Part shown: piece by piece, positions 48,631 through 62,260 of the stretch | How positions within the stretch are numbered: position 1 is the first letter of the stretch | Layout of the letters: each line of letters opens with the position of its first letter | DNA from: Vicugna vicugna | Taxonomy: Eukaryota | Direction: 5' to 3' | Assembly (NCBI GenBank): GCA_013265495.1 | Contig: MU057801.1 | Coordinates: 1,233,879 to 1,297,878, forward strand | DNA: 64,000 nucleotides | Notes under the pieces: generated by a model | The model's input: the letters and a program-made list of their open reading frames with translations, nothing else | Databases searched by the model: none | What the model was told of the DNA's origin: nothing | Made by a program: the position numbers and the translations under genes

Positions 48631-49224
48631 AATGGATATACAGTTACTCAAGGACCATTTGTTAAATTGCCTTTTTGTTCTTACTGAAAATTAATTCACC
48701 ATATACGTGTGTATCTAAAATTTCTGAGCTCTCACTTCTATTTCATTGATCTGTATGCCTATAACTCTCACAGATTTTAAATTCATTAGGGTGATTATAT
48801 ATATACATGTGCTTTTTAAAATGTCTTAGGCAAGTGTAACTCATTGACATGTACATGTCAGAGCTAAAATACAGAGATTACGTTTGGATCAACACCTTCG
48901 GTACTTACATCCTGAAACCAATTACGTTGCCAGGATAATGAAATGAAAGTGTTAACATGTTTAAACCTGTCGTGTGAAAATGTTCCGGGTAGCACAGTGA
49001 AGCCATTTTTGTTATCCTGGTTGTCTTTGGTGCCAGAACTTCTTTCTAGTTTCTAGAAAGTCTGTTTCAATATTAAAAGCATTCAGGAATAAAATGTTAC
49101 AAAGAAAGTAGAACGATTCCTTTCTCTGAACGTCTAGTAAAAGTCTCTTTGCTTTTGTCCAGCTTCATCTTGTCTGGCCGGAGTTTAAATTGCAGAGGGC
49201 ACATCAGGGCTGGGAGGGCCCACA

Positions 49225-50615
49225 GTCACTCTGCGACGAAGGAGGCGAGAACGTACGATGGAGAAAAGACAGCCTCTTCAGTCAGTGGTGCTGGGAGAGC
49301 GGGGCCGCTGCCTGTGAAAGACTGAAGTGAGAACAGTCTCTAACACGAGACACAAAAGTAACCTCAGAATGGATTAAAGGCCTAAATGTGAGACCTGATA
49401 CTATAAAAATCCAGAGGAAAACACAAGCTAAACACTTTAGCATAAATTACAGCAATTTTTTTTCAAATCAGCTCCTACAGTAATGGAAATAAAAGCAAAA
49501 ATAAACAAATGGGACCTAATGAATCTTAAAAACTTTTGTACAGCTAAGGTAGATACCATTAACAAAACGAAAAGACAACCTACAGAATGGGAGAAAATAT
49601 TTGCAAATGATGCAACCAACAAGGGACTAATTTGCAAATATATATAAATAGCTCATACAGCTTAATATCAGACAACAAGCAACCCAATCAAAAAATGGGC
49701 AGAAGCCCTATTTAGACATTTCTCCAAAGAAATCCAGGTGGCCAACAGGCACATGAAAAGATGCTCAACATCGCTCATTATTAGAGAACTGCAAATCAAA
49801 ACTACAGTGGGGTATCACCTCACATCAGTCAGAATGGCCAACATTAAAAAGGCTTCAAACGATAAATGCTGAAGAGGGTTCCCACCTACACTGCTGGTGG
49901 GAATGTAAACTGGTGCAGCCACTGTGGACGACAGTATAGAGAATCCTCAACAAACTTAAAATGGACTTACCAGATGACCCAGCAGTCCCACCCCTGGGCA
50001 TCTGTCCAGAGAAGACTGTAATTCAAAAAGACACATGTACCTTAATGCTCACAGCAGCACTATTTCCAACAGCCAAGACACGGAAGCAATCTCAATGTCC
50101 ATCGGCAGATGGCTGGGTAAGGAAGCTGTGGTGTATTTATACAGTGGAACACTACTCAGCCATAGTAAAGACTAAAGTAACGCCATTTACAGCAACATGG
50201 ATGGACCTAGAGATTGTCATTCTAAGTGAAGTAAGTCAGACAGAGAAAGACAAATACCATATAGTATCACTTATATCTAGAATCTAAAAAAAAAAAGACA
50301 CCAATGAACGTATTTATAAAACAGACTCACAGACATAGAGAACAGACTTACGGTTACCAGTAGGGGAAGGAGGTAGAAAGGGGTAACTTGGGAGCTTGAG
50401 ATTTGCAGATACTATTATATATAAACTAGATAAACAACAAGTTTATACTGTAGAGCACAGGGAACTATATTCAATATCTTACAGTAACCTACAATGAAAA
50501 GGAACAGGAAGAGGAATGTATGTATGCACATGTATGACTGAAGCATGATGCTGCACGCCAGGAACTGATGCAACACTGTAAACTGATGATGCTTCAATTA
50601 AAAAAAGAAAAAAAG
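49225..50615 (+). mobile_element. 5'-truncated LINE-1 (ORF2 3' end, 3'UTR, poly-A tail), comparatively young
   Basis: ORF2 C-terminal peptide remnants ([25 protein letters not shown]); 3'UTR cacagggaactatattcaatatctt; A-tail at 50600-50614. Confidence 0.92.
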
Positions 50616-51879
50616 TTTGGGAGGATCCCAGCTTCGCCCTTGCCTACATTCAAAGCAAGACTTCTTTGGTTTCTTTGACAGGAGCAGTATTCTGTCAGAT
50701 ACTTTGTTTCCGAAGTACTCTCTCTCCAAGCCCACGTTTAGCTGCAGGTAGACTTCGTCTCTGTTGTCGGGGGGGTAAAGAGGGTGCAGGGAGCAAGGGA
50801 CGGAGCCCCCACCACTAAAGCCTGCGCTGGGTGCACTCCCAGGGGCTGGGGTTCTAAGTGAGCCACTGCCTCCTGGGGACTCCACGGCTGCGGGAGGGAG
50901 AGGGGCGCGAGGGGAGGTTTTGCCTTGACTGGGGAACCGCGGCCTGTCCTCTCTTCCTCTGTGACTGCTGTCCTCTAGCTGCCGTCGGGCCGGCTTCCTG
51001 CAGCCGTGGACACGTTGCCCTCCGCCCGGACGCTGGATGAGCGTGGCAGCGCACAGGCCGCAGCGCCCTCGCGGTCCGCACCACGCACACGACATTCGCT
51101 CATCTCTAAGGGTCGCACGAGGTTGCCTCCACCAGACTGTGGTGGCCCCTGCTTGCCAAAGCCTGTCTCTCTCTCTCTTCCAGCCGACAGCCTGCAGGGC
51201 GTGCCTCGGAAGGGCCTCCGGCCCACCTGCCCCGCAGCGCCCAGCAGGCAAGCCAGCGCCCTTTTCTTGATGGCGGGTCCCTCCCTCCCTCGTAAAGTGA
51301 GTAGTCCCCCCGGGCCGTCCCCTCTTCTAGGTCAGAGCCAACTCACGAAGCCAGTCTTGGGGTTTACCGAGCACCTGGGCACTGTGGAACACCCCCAGCC
51401 CCACCGCACCCCGGTGTCACGGCAGACCCTTTCCTCTCCCCTTCCTGGAGGGCGTTACAGCCGGGAGTACCTAGCCGGGCGGGGGGGGGTGGTTTGCCTG
51501 AACACGCATGTGAGCCTCCTGATCCAGCCCCCCCGCCCCCCCCCGGTGCTCGAGGCTCCTTCCTGGCGGGGGCTGCTGTCACTGGCAGACGTCGCTCTCT
51601 CCCCGCCCTGACCCGGCACTTGGAGCAGCAGGCGTCTGGGGCCAGGGGGACAGCTGATGCTCCCTGCAGGCTTCCTCACCCCACTTCGCTTTCCACATTT
51701 CAGTCTCTGGGAAGGCACCTGTGTGCGAAGGACCCCAGGCCTTCAGCCGTGCCTCTCCTTGCCCTCTTTCCCAAAGCGTGACTCGCAGGGCCAGCCATCT
51801 GAAACTCTGGTCAGTGGTCCTCTAGATTCTTCTGCGAATTTTTAAAAAACGTGCATGGGTGCCAGCACCCAGACCGACG

Positions 51880-52390
51880 TCTTCGTTATCCACTCCTGCG
51901 CTGACGGCGCTTTCCGCGCCGTAAGCGGCGTGCGGCTCCGCGGCTCCCGCCGCAGGCCTCACTGGCCGATGTCCGTCCGCGGGGCGCCGGGCGCTGGCGG
52001 CTCGGGGCGGGCCCCCGGCGGCGGCGGGGCCCACGCGGTCTGCGCCGCGGCACACGCTGCCCTTCAGAGAAGCAGCGCGCTCTGCGCTGCCGGCAGCACC
52101 CGCGGGGCGCCTGTCGCCTGCGCGGTCAGCGCGGCCCTTCCGCGCCTTCGCCTGCCCCAGGCCACGCCCGGGGCGGGGCAGACGGAGGGCGGCGGCGCTC
52201 GGCTCGCGCCTGTTCCGTTACTAACGGGGTGGAGTACCGGTTCGCGGGCGGCGTGGGCACCTGCCTGTTGGCGGCTCTCTTCCGCCGGAGCGTTCATCGC
52301 CTCTGTTCGATTTGCCGCAGCCCTTTGCGCGGTAAAGGCAGTAGCTCGACGCCCTGTGTGTCTACCGCAGGCGCTCCCCCGTTGGCCGTT
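51880..52390. promoter_or_regulatory. Orphan CpG island
   Basis: Dense CpG, ggggcgggg boxes near 52169-52177. Confidence 0.65.
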
Positions 52391-54649
52391 CGGCTTTTAA
52401 TTTCGCTTCTGTTGCCTTTTGCCAAGTGGACTTGGGTTTCTGTACAGTCAGAGGTGCTGGTGTTTCCCTTTGTGACTTCCGGCTTCTCGCTCTTCCCCAC
52501 ACAACGTTTACGTGTATTTGTCACTACTAATGAGCTTTTAAAAACCTTCTAAGCGTGGAGACCCTGTCTTGTTAAAGGCAGGGCTATTGCAGGGTGACTC
52601 CCTGCTGAGTGGGGCAGGCTAAGTGGACTGACTTCTCGGTGGGTTGGGTGACATAGACCCTCACGAGCAGCCCAGAAGTGCAGCAGACCCCAGGGCCCAG
52701 CCGGGCGGCACGGGCCGAGTCTGCACGGCTGTGAGCACCGTGGGCCCCCATGTCCCACAAGTACACGGAGGGCAGAGCCTACGAGCCTCTTACTATGAAG
52801 CTGGACAAATGTTTGTTTCCAGCCTTGACCTTGATTTCCTAGCTTTGCAATTTTTAGGCTACTAACCAGTTGGCCTACATTTTTCTGTACGAGGGGAAGG
52901 AAGCCAGGCTAAGCGGCATGTTGTCAGTTACTGTCGCAGAGTGGACACCCCCTCCAGCTTGTTTCAGTGCCACACACACACCAAGAGGGTAGGAAAAGTT
53001 TAATTACGTACATAATAGGCGGTCTCTGGGGAGAGGTGGGCAGGCACGCAGCGGGGTTCGAAATGGCTGCAGAGAGTGAGGAGAGGGAAGAGGGTCCCTG
53101 CGCGTGGGCAGGGCCTTGCCTGGCCTCAGTCTTCCTCTGGTGCCAGTGGAGGGAGCACCCGCCCGGACGCGGGCAGGGGGGCGGAGGGAGGGGTGTGGCT
53201 TGAAGGCTGAGAGCAGTCAGAGTCCCACTGAAACCCCCAGTCCCTGAACGGTGACGTCTGCGTGTCCTCGGGCTCCTGGAGCGCTGGCAGTGGCAGCACC
53301 TTTGCAGATGGAAGCGCTCACCCCGCACATGCAGGCTCACACGCACAGGTGTCGCTGCAGCTGCTGATGGCCAGAGACAAGCCACAGCCAAAGGCCTTTG
53401 AAAACTAGACCTGTGTGTGTCAGGAGCCGCAGAGAGCCGCGTGGTGGGTGCCGACCACGCCTCAGGTTGCTTGAGGGCGCGGTCTTTGAAGCGGACTTTG
53501 AATGACTCCTCAGCCACGCTGACTCCTTAGACTCCTCTGACGATCAGGCCTCAGTCTGAGTGTTTCCCTTACGTGGTGATGTAGTTGCTCATGTCCTGTG
53601 AATCAGATGTCAGCAGTGCCTTTGTTTCTAGAATGCTGTGTGTCAAAGCTTGGGCAAACTGTTCCCTTTTGTGAAAACTGCATTTGTGGATATGTGATTT
53701 GCTCATTTCCTCCTGAAATCACTCCATCCTTTCAGTAATTTCGTTCCCCCTCTTCAGGCGGCAGTTACTGCCCTTGGCTGCTTGCTTTTCAGACGTTCGG
53801 CTTTCTCAGTGACCACTGTCAGTGATGCAAACGGACATAGTGGGGCATTTATTTATCAGATATTCTTGCCTTTGTTGAGAGTACAAATGGCCAGTTGATT
53901 TCAGTGGTTCTTTGACTTACATTAGTCACATGTATCTTTGTGAACATATTTAGCTCTGAGATAAATCTGGCTTCATGTCCAATAAATAAATTCCAAGGCC
54001 TGAATAACTGGTTGAGAAAACTGGAGAATCAAGTATTACTCATTTTCCCACCACTTACTGCTAGGCGATGTGGTTAATTTCCACCTTCCGTCAAAGCCTG
54101 TCATAGACCAGGCTCTCGGCCCTAAGTGCCATTTGTAGCTGTTTCTTTTTAAGGAGTCACTTCTCTCTCCTTTTGTTTCCGTATCACTGCATCTTCTTTA
54201 GTGCTTTGACCTGTGCTTCCAACGTGGGTTTTTAACTGCATGGACAGTTTGCTTTCTTTTTCAAGGTATTACTCAAGTGCCTTTTGCTGCGTAAGTCCTT
54301 TTTATTCCACTTTCCTGCTTATTGGAATTCCAAACCAGAGATTTCTGTGAGAGCAGCAGGCGTGTCCCCCTGGGGTCAAATTCACGGAGGTGAGTAGTTT
54401 CTCTGCTAGACATATTTGGCAGATACAAAAAGTGTTCATATAGGAACCTCAGAAGTTAAAAGTAGGGAAATAATGGTCCTTGGTCCAGTTTTCCTGAAAA
54501 ATGTTGAGTAATTTCACTTAAAATGGGGCAATAATCTTCTAATCAAAAGAGTGATGTTGGCTCCCTGCCCTTAAAACCGGAAACTCGATAGTAAAATACA
54601 AAGAGACTGTGCCATCAGTGTTAACGTAGATTAGATTTGTTTCTCTTTT

Positions 54650-54855
54650 TTTAATTACAAAAATTTTTTATTGAAGTATAGTTGGTTTATAATGTCTTGT
54701 TAGTTTCAGGTGTATAGCAATGTGACTTAGTTTTATATATATACACACACATATATACATATATACATATACATACATACATATAATCTACTCTTTCTCA
54801 GAGTCTTTTCCAGTATAGATTATTACAAGATATTGAGCTTAGTTCCCTGTGCTTG
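54650..54855 (-). mobile_element. Short LINE-1 3' end, antisense, with (TA/CA)n
   Basis: Same 3' end sequence as at 45735 and 46235. Confidence 0.8.
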
Positions 54856-55487
54856 TTGGGAAATTTATTTATTAAGTTAAATGAAATTAAATCACTAAGC
54901 TCTGAACTCAGAAAAATTTCAGCAAGCGTGCTTTACGATCCTGACAGAACCTATGCTGTAACATGCCCATTGTAATGATCAAAATCCTCTATGAAAATTA
55001 TAGTTAACATACCTAGTCGTCAATTATTGAAAGATAACTATAAATTCTTCCCTATGAAAATAAACATACTACTAATATGGTGATGAAATATCACTGAAAA
55101 GATATAATCAGACAAAGCTTCCAAGAAAAGCTGTCTAAAATGTTCAACTTTAGTGCAGTATGATGGTTAAACATCACCATTTAATGTTCGAGTTTATGCC
55201 TAAATTCATAAGGTACTATGACAATGTCAGATATTACCTCATTCACCACTAGAATGTTTCTGTTGCCTTTTAAGAGATCTGAATAAATCATGGAGCCTTG
55301 CTCAGGTGCGGCTACATGATTGAATAATTACGTATTTCTCTCGGTCAGTGAATCAGATTCCAGCTTGTGACTGTATGGTAGCTTAAAGCGTGTGGAGCGG
55401 CTGGAATTTGGAGCGCCATGATGTTGGTACGTTTCTACGGTGTAGAATCCTTACCTCTTCTATTCTGAAATTCTAAAACTCCACTGC

Positions 55488-55908
55488 TGTGGTGGTTAAT
55501 TTTTTGTGTGAACTTGGCTAGGCCATGGTGCCCAACTGCTTGGTCGGATGCCAGCCAAGTTGTTGTAGAGAAGGTAATTTTTTAGATGTGATTAGCATCT
55601 AAATCAGTAGACTTTGAGTTAAGCATTTTACCCTCCATAGATTGGGTGAGCTTCTTTAAATCAATGGAAGGCCTTAGGAGAAAAGAATGAGGTCCTCAGA
55701 AGAAGGAAAATTCTGTCTCCAGACTGTCCAGTCTCCAGGCTGCATCCTCAGCAGGCGCCTGGCTCTCCAGCCGCTGCCTCCTCCGCAGGTGTCCGACTCA
55801 CAGCCCCCACCTCGACGTGACCCGATGCCTTGGAGTAAACCTCTCTCTCTGTATATGTGTACATATATTCTAGTGGTTCCCTCCCTTCGCAGAACCATAA
55901 CTGATACA
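55488..55908. mobile_element. MLT2 (ERVL) solo LTR
   Basis: TG...CA ends (tgtggtggttaattttt...ctgataca); near-perfect 5-bp target-site duplication actgc/actgg. Confidence 0.8.
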
Positions 55909-55909
55909 A

Positions 55910-58900
55910 CTGGCAATTTAAAAATGAATAATCTAAAATATAAACGACTCCTAGAAGAACATATAGGTGGTAAGCTCCTTGACATTGGTCTTGGAGATAG
56001 TATTTTGAATCTGACTCCAAAAGCAAAGGCAACAAAATGAAAAATAAACAAGTGGACAACAAACAAAAAGCTTTTGCACAGCAAAGGAAATCATCAGCAA
56101 AAAGAAGAGACAATCTACCAAGTGGGAGGAAACTTGCCTTATTTATGATGTTAAGTTTTCCAGTTCATAAACGTGCTGTGTCTCTCCGTTTGTTTAGGTC
56201 TCTCAATGCTTTATAGTTTACTTTGTAATGATTTTACACATATTTTGTTAGTTTTATTTCTTTTTTTATTAAAAAAAATTTTATTCCTAGGGTAGAAAAC
56301 TAAGAATAAAAGGAAACTTCCTCAACCCAATAAAGAGTATATACAAAAAACTCTACCGCTAATGTCAACCTTGGTAAGACTGTGTGCTTTCTCCCCTCAC
56401 ACCGGGAACAAGGCAAGGAAGTCCATGCTTACTATTACCTTTTGACACTGTAGTGGAGATCCTAGCCAGTGCCGCAAGGCAAGAAAAAGAAATAGACATG
56501 TGTCTTGCAAAGGAATAAGTAAAACTACATCTGTTTGAAGATGACATAATTGTCTGCAGAAAATCTCAAGGTATCTTTTAAAAAAGCTACCAGAAATCTA
56601 TGGAATGGGAAAAATATTTGCAAATCATATATCTGATGAGGAATTAATATCCAAAATATAAAAGAAGTCATGCAACTCAATAGCAAAAAAACCCAAGCTG
56701 ATTAAAAAATGGGAAGAGGATTGGAATAGACATTTTTTTCAAACAAAACATACAGATGGCCAACAGGTACATGGAAGGGTGCTCAACATCCCTGGTCATC
56801 AGGAAAATGCACATCACAATCATACAATCTCACCTCATATCTGTTAGAATGGCTATTACCAAAAAGACAAGAAATAAGTGTTGGTAAGGATGTGGAGAAA
56901 AGGGAATCCTTGTGCACTGTTGGTGAGGATGTAAATTAGTGCAGTCACTATAGGAAGATTATGGAGATGCCTCAAAAAATTTAAAACCCATGTGCCTCAA
57001 CGATTCCACTTCTGGGATTTACCCACAGGAAATAAAATCACTAGCTTAAAAAGGTATCTGGACCCCCATGTTCACAGCAGTATTATTTACAATAGCCAAG
57101 ATATGGAAGACATGTCAGCCAAGAAAGCCAAGACAACCACTAGTTGTCCATTGATGGGTGAATGGATAAAGAAAATTATTAATATTCAGCTATGAGAAAG
57201 AAGGAAATCTTGCCATTTGTGACAATGTGAATGGACCTTTAGGGCGTTATGCTAAGTGAAATAAGTCAGAAAGAAAAAAGTAAATACTATATAACCTCAT
57301 TTATATGTGGAATCTAGGCGGAAAACCCCAAACTCATAAAGAACAGATTGGTGGCTACCAGAGGAGGGGGGCTGGCATAAAGGGAGTGGCGGGGGAACTG
57401 GGCACAGGGAGTGAAAGTGGTCGAAGCTGCAAACTTCCAGTTATTCAATAAATAAGTCCTGGGGTTGTGATGGACGGCACAGTGACTATAGTTAACAATA
57501 CTGGACTGACTGCATATTTGAAGGTTGCTAAGAGAGAAGATCTTAAAAGTTCTCATCACAAGGAAAAAGTTGTAACTATGTAACTATGCATGGTGATGTT
57601 AACTAAACTTATTGTGGTGATCATTTTACAGTATATACATATATCAAGTCATTATGTTGTACACCTAAAACTGATATGATGTTATATGTCAGTTATATCT
57701 CAACTTTTAAAAAACCTGCTAGAACTAATAAGTGAATTTAGCAGTCATAGGATACAAGGTCAACATACAAATATCAATTATATTTCTATACACTAGCAAT
57801 GAGCAATTAGAACATGAAATTTTAAAGAGACACCATTTACAATAGTGCTGAAAAGATTTAAATATAAATTTAAATATAAAAATATTTAGATTTAAATATA
57901 AATATCAAATCAATCATTAATTTAAATTAAATTTATTTAAAGTTATCTAAATTAAATTAATTTTATTAAAGCAAATGTTTATATTTAAATATAAATTTAA
58001 GTATAAAATATTTAAATATAAATTTAAGAAAATAGAGCAGTATTTGTTTCCTTAAAACTACAAAACACTGATGAAAGAAATGAAAGATTAAATAATGAAG
58101 ATATATATCATTTTCATTGGAAGACTCAATATTGCCAACATGGTACTTCTCCCTAAATTGATTTAAGACAATTCCAGTCAAAAATGCCAGCAGAACTTTT
58201 TATAGAAGTTGATAAACTTATTCTATAATTTTGTAAGGAAAGGCAGAGGATTTAGAACAATAGCCAAAATGATTTTGGAAAAAAAACAGAATGAAGTTGG
58301 AAGAACTAACACTACTTGATTTTAAAGCTTATAATAAAGCTACCGTAGTCAAGGTAGTGTGATGTTAGTGAAATAATAGACACATAGACCAGTGGAACAG
58401 AATTGAAAGTCCAGAAGTAGACTCACAGGTGACTTATATTTTTGCCAAAAGTGCAAAGGAATTGGACAGGTGGACAACCATGTGTAATAAAATGAGTTTG
58501 ATCCATACCTTGTATTCTATACAAAAATCAACATATAATAGATTATAGACCTACATAAACATATAACCTAAAACAAAAAATCTTCTAGAAGAAAAGAGAA
58601 AATTTTTGTGACTTTGGCTTAGGCAAAGATTTCTTAAATAAGCGTGATCCATAAAAGAAAAAAATGATAAATTGTCAAAACGGGAAACAACACAAACGCC
58701 CCTCGGCTGGGGAACGTATGAAAAAGCAGTGGTACATTCGTCCTGCCTGCAGCCGCATGCATGAGCTTCAGATGCATTTACTAAGCGAAAGGGGCTAGTT
58801 TGAAAAGGCTGTGCGCCCTGTGTGGTTCCACCGCGTGGCGTTCTGGAAGAGGTGCCTCTGTGGTGACAGAGAGCTGGTTACTGGTAACACTGGGGGAATG

Positions 58901-59030
58901 GTCTGACCACAAAGGAGGAGAAGAAGGGACTTTGTGGGGTGATGGAATTGTTCTGTATGGCTGTCTCCATTTGTCAAAACTGAACCCTAAATAGAGTGAA
59001 TTTTTCTAGAATAAGTTATACTTCAATTTA
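55910..59030 (+). mobile_element. Cluster of LINE-1 fragments, mostly sense, including a younger L1 (about 56596-57704) nested in an older ORF2 fragment
   Basis: ORF2-like phrases (gaatgggaaaaatatttgcaaatcat, gaccagtggaacagaattgaaagtccagaa). Confidence 0.85.
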
Positions 59031-59147
59031 AAAGGCTTCTACAGTGGGATGAGGTCATGAACGTTAGAACTGCTGAATCATCCCCAGGGCATCTTTTCCA
59101 TTCAGCGCTACACTGCCTTCCGGGCAGACGGCCCATCCCTGCGGGAG

Positions 59148-59151
<4 letters not shown>

Positions 59152-59180
<29 letters not shown>
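59152..59180. repeat. C29 homopolymer
   Basis: Directly visible. Confidence 0.9.
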
Positions 59181-59659
59181 GCTCCTGCACAGCGGTGGGG
59201 TTTTCAGTTGTTTTGATAGTTGCCAGACTGATGAGTAGAAATGATACCTTGATATGGGTTTATTTTCATTTAAAAAATTTCAGGTGAAGCCAAATATGTT
59301 TCACGTTAGTCATGAATAATCTTAATTTTTCTGAATTATCTGTTGTCTTTTGTTCCTTTTTCTGTTAAGGTTTTTGTCTACTTTTTTCCCTTTTTGATTT
59401 ATAAGTGCCTTTCAGTTTTTAAGAATAGTAACTCTTCTGTCATTTAACTTTAGCTTTATTATTTTAGACTTTGCTTTGAATTTTTTACTGATTAATGTCT
59501 TATTTTATAACTTTTATTGTTATTACTTTTAGTGCAATATTGTCAGAAAATATGCTTTTAGTGTGCTTATGTGTTTTCTGTAACCTAATAGTTGGTCAAT
59601 TTTATAAATGTTCCTAGCACAGATGATGCTGGGTAAGAAGGTAAGTTCTGTTATTTAAA

Positions 59660-62260
59660 ATTTTTTTAGCACTTTACTTTTTTAGAGCAGTTTAATAGGC
59701 TTACAACAAGATTGAGAGCTAAGTACAGCGATTTCCCACGTACCTCCTGCCCCACACAGCCACAGCCTCCCCCGTCATCTACATCCCCACCAGAACGGTG
59801 TGTTTGTCACCAGGGATGAGCCTGCACTGTCATAATCACCCAAAGTCCATTGTTGACATCAGTGTTCACTGTTGGTTTTGTACATACTATGGGTTTCGAC
59901 AAATGTAAACTGACATATATCCATGCAGAGTATTTGGTTTTATGACCAAATATTTTAATTCTATTTTAATTTTGGGGGGTGCAAACTACCGTTTCCCTGT
60001 ATTACCATTTCTCTCTCTTTTTCCTTTCTTTAACCAGACGTCTATGAAGTATGAATTTAATGGGTTATTTTTACAATAAAAAAGAAAAAATATATCAATT
60101 AAGTCAATATTGTGAATTGAGATGTCTGGTTGGCAGATTATGGATATTGTGCGTTTTTCTTTGACTGTGGGCATTCTCATTTTATGTCGCTGATAATGGG
60201 AAACTGGTTTCAAACAAGTCCGGAGTGGACTGTAAATTCCAAAGGGCCTAGGGTTATGCGGCAGACATGCCCAGCTTCTGCAAAGCAGTCCCCTGGGGTT
60301 TTGATGGGAATTGTGTTGAACCAATAGGCCAATTTGTAGAGAATTATCCTTCTGACAATATTGAGCTTTGGAGTTCATGAACATTGTTTAGGTCTTTAAT
60401 TTTAGGATTTTCAGTGCACATGTATTGCATACACTTAACTAAGTTTTATCTCTAAGTATGTTTATTTAATTTTTGCATTATTGTCAGTGCAAATATAAAT
60501 ACAATTGACTTTTGGATATTAACCTTGCATCCTGTGACTTTGTGAAATTCAATTATTAGTTCTATCGTTTGTGTAGATTTTTTGGAGTTTTTACATATAT
60601 GGTCACATCTGTGAATATAGACAGTACTGCTTCCTTTTCAATCTCTGTGCCCTCTGTTTCTTTTTTGTGCCTTAGGACGAAGATTAAGAAAGACCCCTAG
60701 CCCCATCTTGAGTTGTCGTTCTAAAAGGGGACGTCCTGGCCTGGATCCCAGTCTTGGGGGCAGCAGCCACCCTGCCACTGTTAAGTGAGATGTTAACCAT
60801 ACAGTACAGCATTTGCTAGTGCTCTTTATCGACGTGAAGACATTTTCTTCTAGTTCTAGGCTGTTGAGAGTTTTTATCCTGAACAAATGTTGAATTTTTT
60901 TCAAATGCTTTTTCTGTGTAAACTGAAATGATACATGTTTTCCTCCTTTATTCTGTTCATATGATTAAATCACAGTGGTTATTTTTTAAAAGTATTAGTT
61001 CAGTTGGCCTTACTGGGATAAACCTCACTAAATTATAACATATTATCCTTTTTATAAAATGATGGATTTCATAAATTTTACGGATTTTTGCATCTGTGTT
61101 CTTCTTCTCTGCTTTTGAGCTTTGAGTTTTTTCCCCCATCTGTTAGTTGACTGAAGTGTACCTTTTAATTCTTCTTTTTAAAGATGTATTTTTAAAAAAT
61201 ATCCATAATGCTATTACCAAACATAAAAGTAAGCAATAATTCCACAGTATAAAAAGTATCCAGTCAGTGCTCATATGTGGGGAGACACACACACACATAC
61301 ATATATATATACGTGTATGTAAATGGGAATATGCTATGGACCCTTATTTTTACTTTGCTTTGTCACCTAACAGTGTCCCCTGGAGGCGACTCTACAGAGA
61401 TACAGATCTATTTCCCATTCTCTTTCACAGCTGCGTGATATGCATTGTATGAGGGTGTCACCTTTTGTTCACCTTGTCCCCTACTGATGGAGACTTACCT
61501 TGTCTCCAGCCCTTCGCTAGGACAAGTGTTGCTGCGGTGACTGGCATGTATCACTTCATGGTTTTGCCAGTGTGTCTTTGGGGTAGATTCCTCGAGGTAC
61601 GATCAAAGGGTGGCCGCATGTGTAACTGTGCTGCGCGTTCCCAAGCTCCCCTCCAAAGGGGCTGTACCATGTCCTACACCATCATTGTGCAAAAGTGCCT
61701 GTTTGCGGACAGAGCGTGCCGGAGTTTGCACGATTGCCAATCTGATAAGTGAGAAGTGGCTTTTCAGTATTGTTTTAACTCATATTTCTCTCGTGAGTGA
61801 GGTTGAGCATCCTTTCGTGTGGTTAAGAACCACTTGAATTTTTTTTTCTGGAATTGTCTGTACATATTCCTGGTCTATTTTTCTACAAGGGTTTTGGCTT
61901 TTTCTCTTCTGTGTTCAGAAGCTGTTACATATGAAGGGTGTCAACCCTGTGCCTGTGATGGAAATAGCAGACGTGTCTTCCCAGTTGGTCATTTGTCTTT
62001 TTACTTTGCTAATAATATTTTGAACATGCAAAACTTTTTGATTTTTATTTTTAGGTAATGAATATATTTCTTATTCTGCCTGGATTTTTCAGCCACAGCC
62101 TCACTCCCAGGTTATAGAAAAACCCATCGTGTTTTTTCTAGTATTTGCCGGTTTCGTATTTTTTATGCTGGAATTGTTCATCCATTTCGAGTTTACTCTG
62201 ATGCATGGTGTGAGGAAAAGATCCCATTGTAGCTTTTTCCATACGATTGTCTAGTGGTCC
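59660..62260 (-). mobile_element. Several old LINE-1 fragments, antisense
   Basis: L1MB-like 3' end at 59660-59925; ORF2-like antisense at 60280-61100 and 61300-62260; boundaries approximate. Confidence 0.75.

Noticed and set aside
49961..50287. 108-aa ORF (and similar ORFs at 38938, 44565, 46559)
   Set aside because: Degenerate LINE-1 ORF2 C-terminal remnants, not host genes.
50598..53517. Several 180-217 aa ORFs on both strands
   Set aside because: GC-rich, stop-poor sequence with low-complexity translations and no coherent gene structure.
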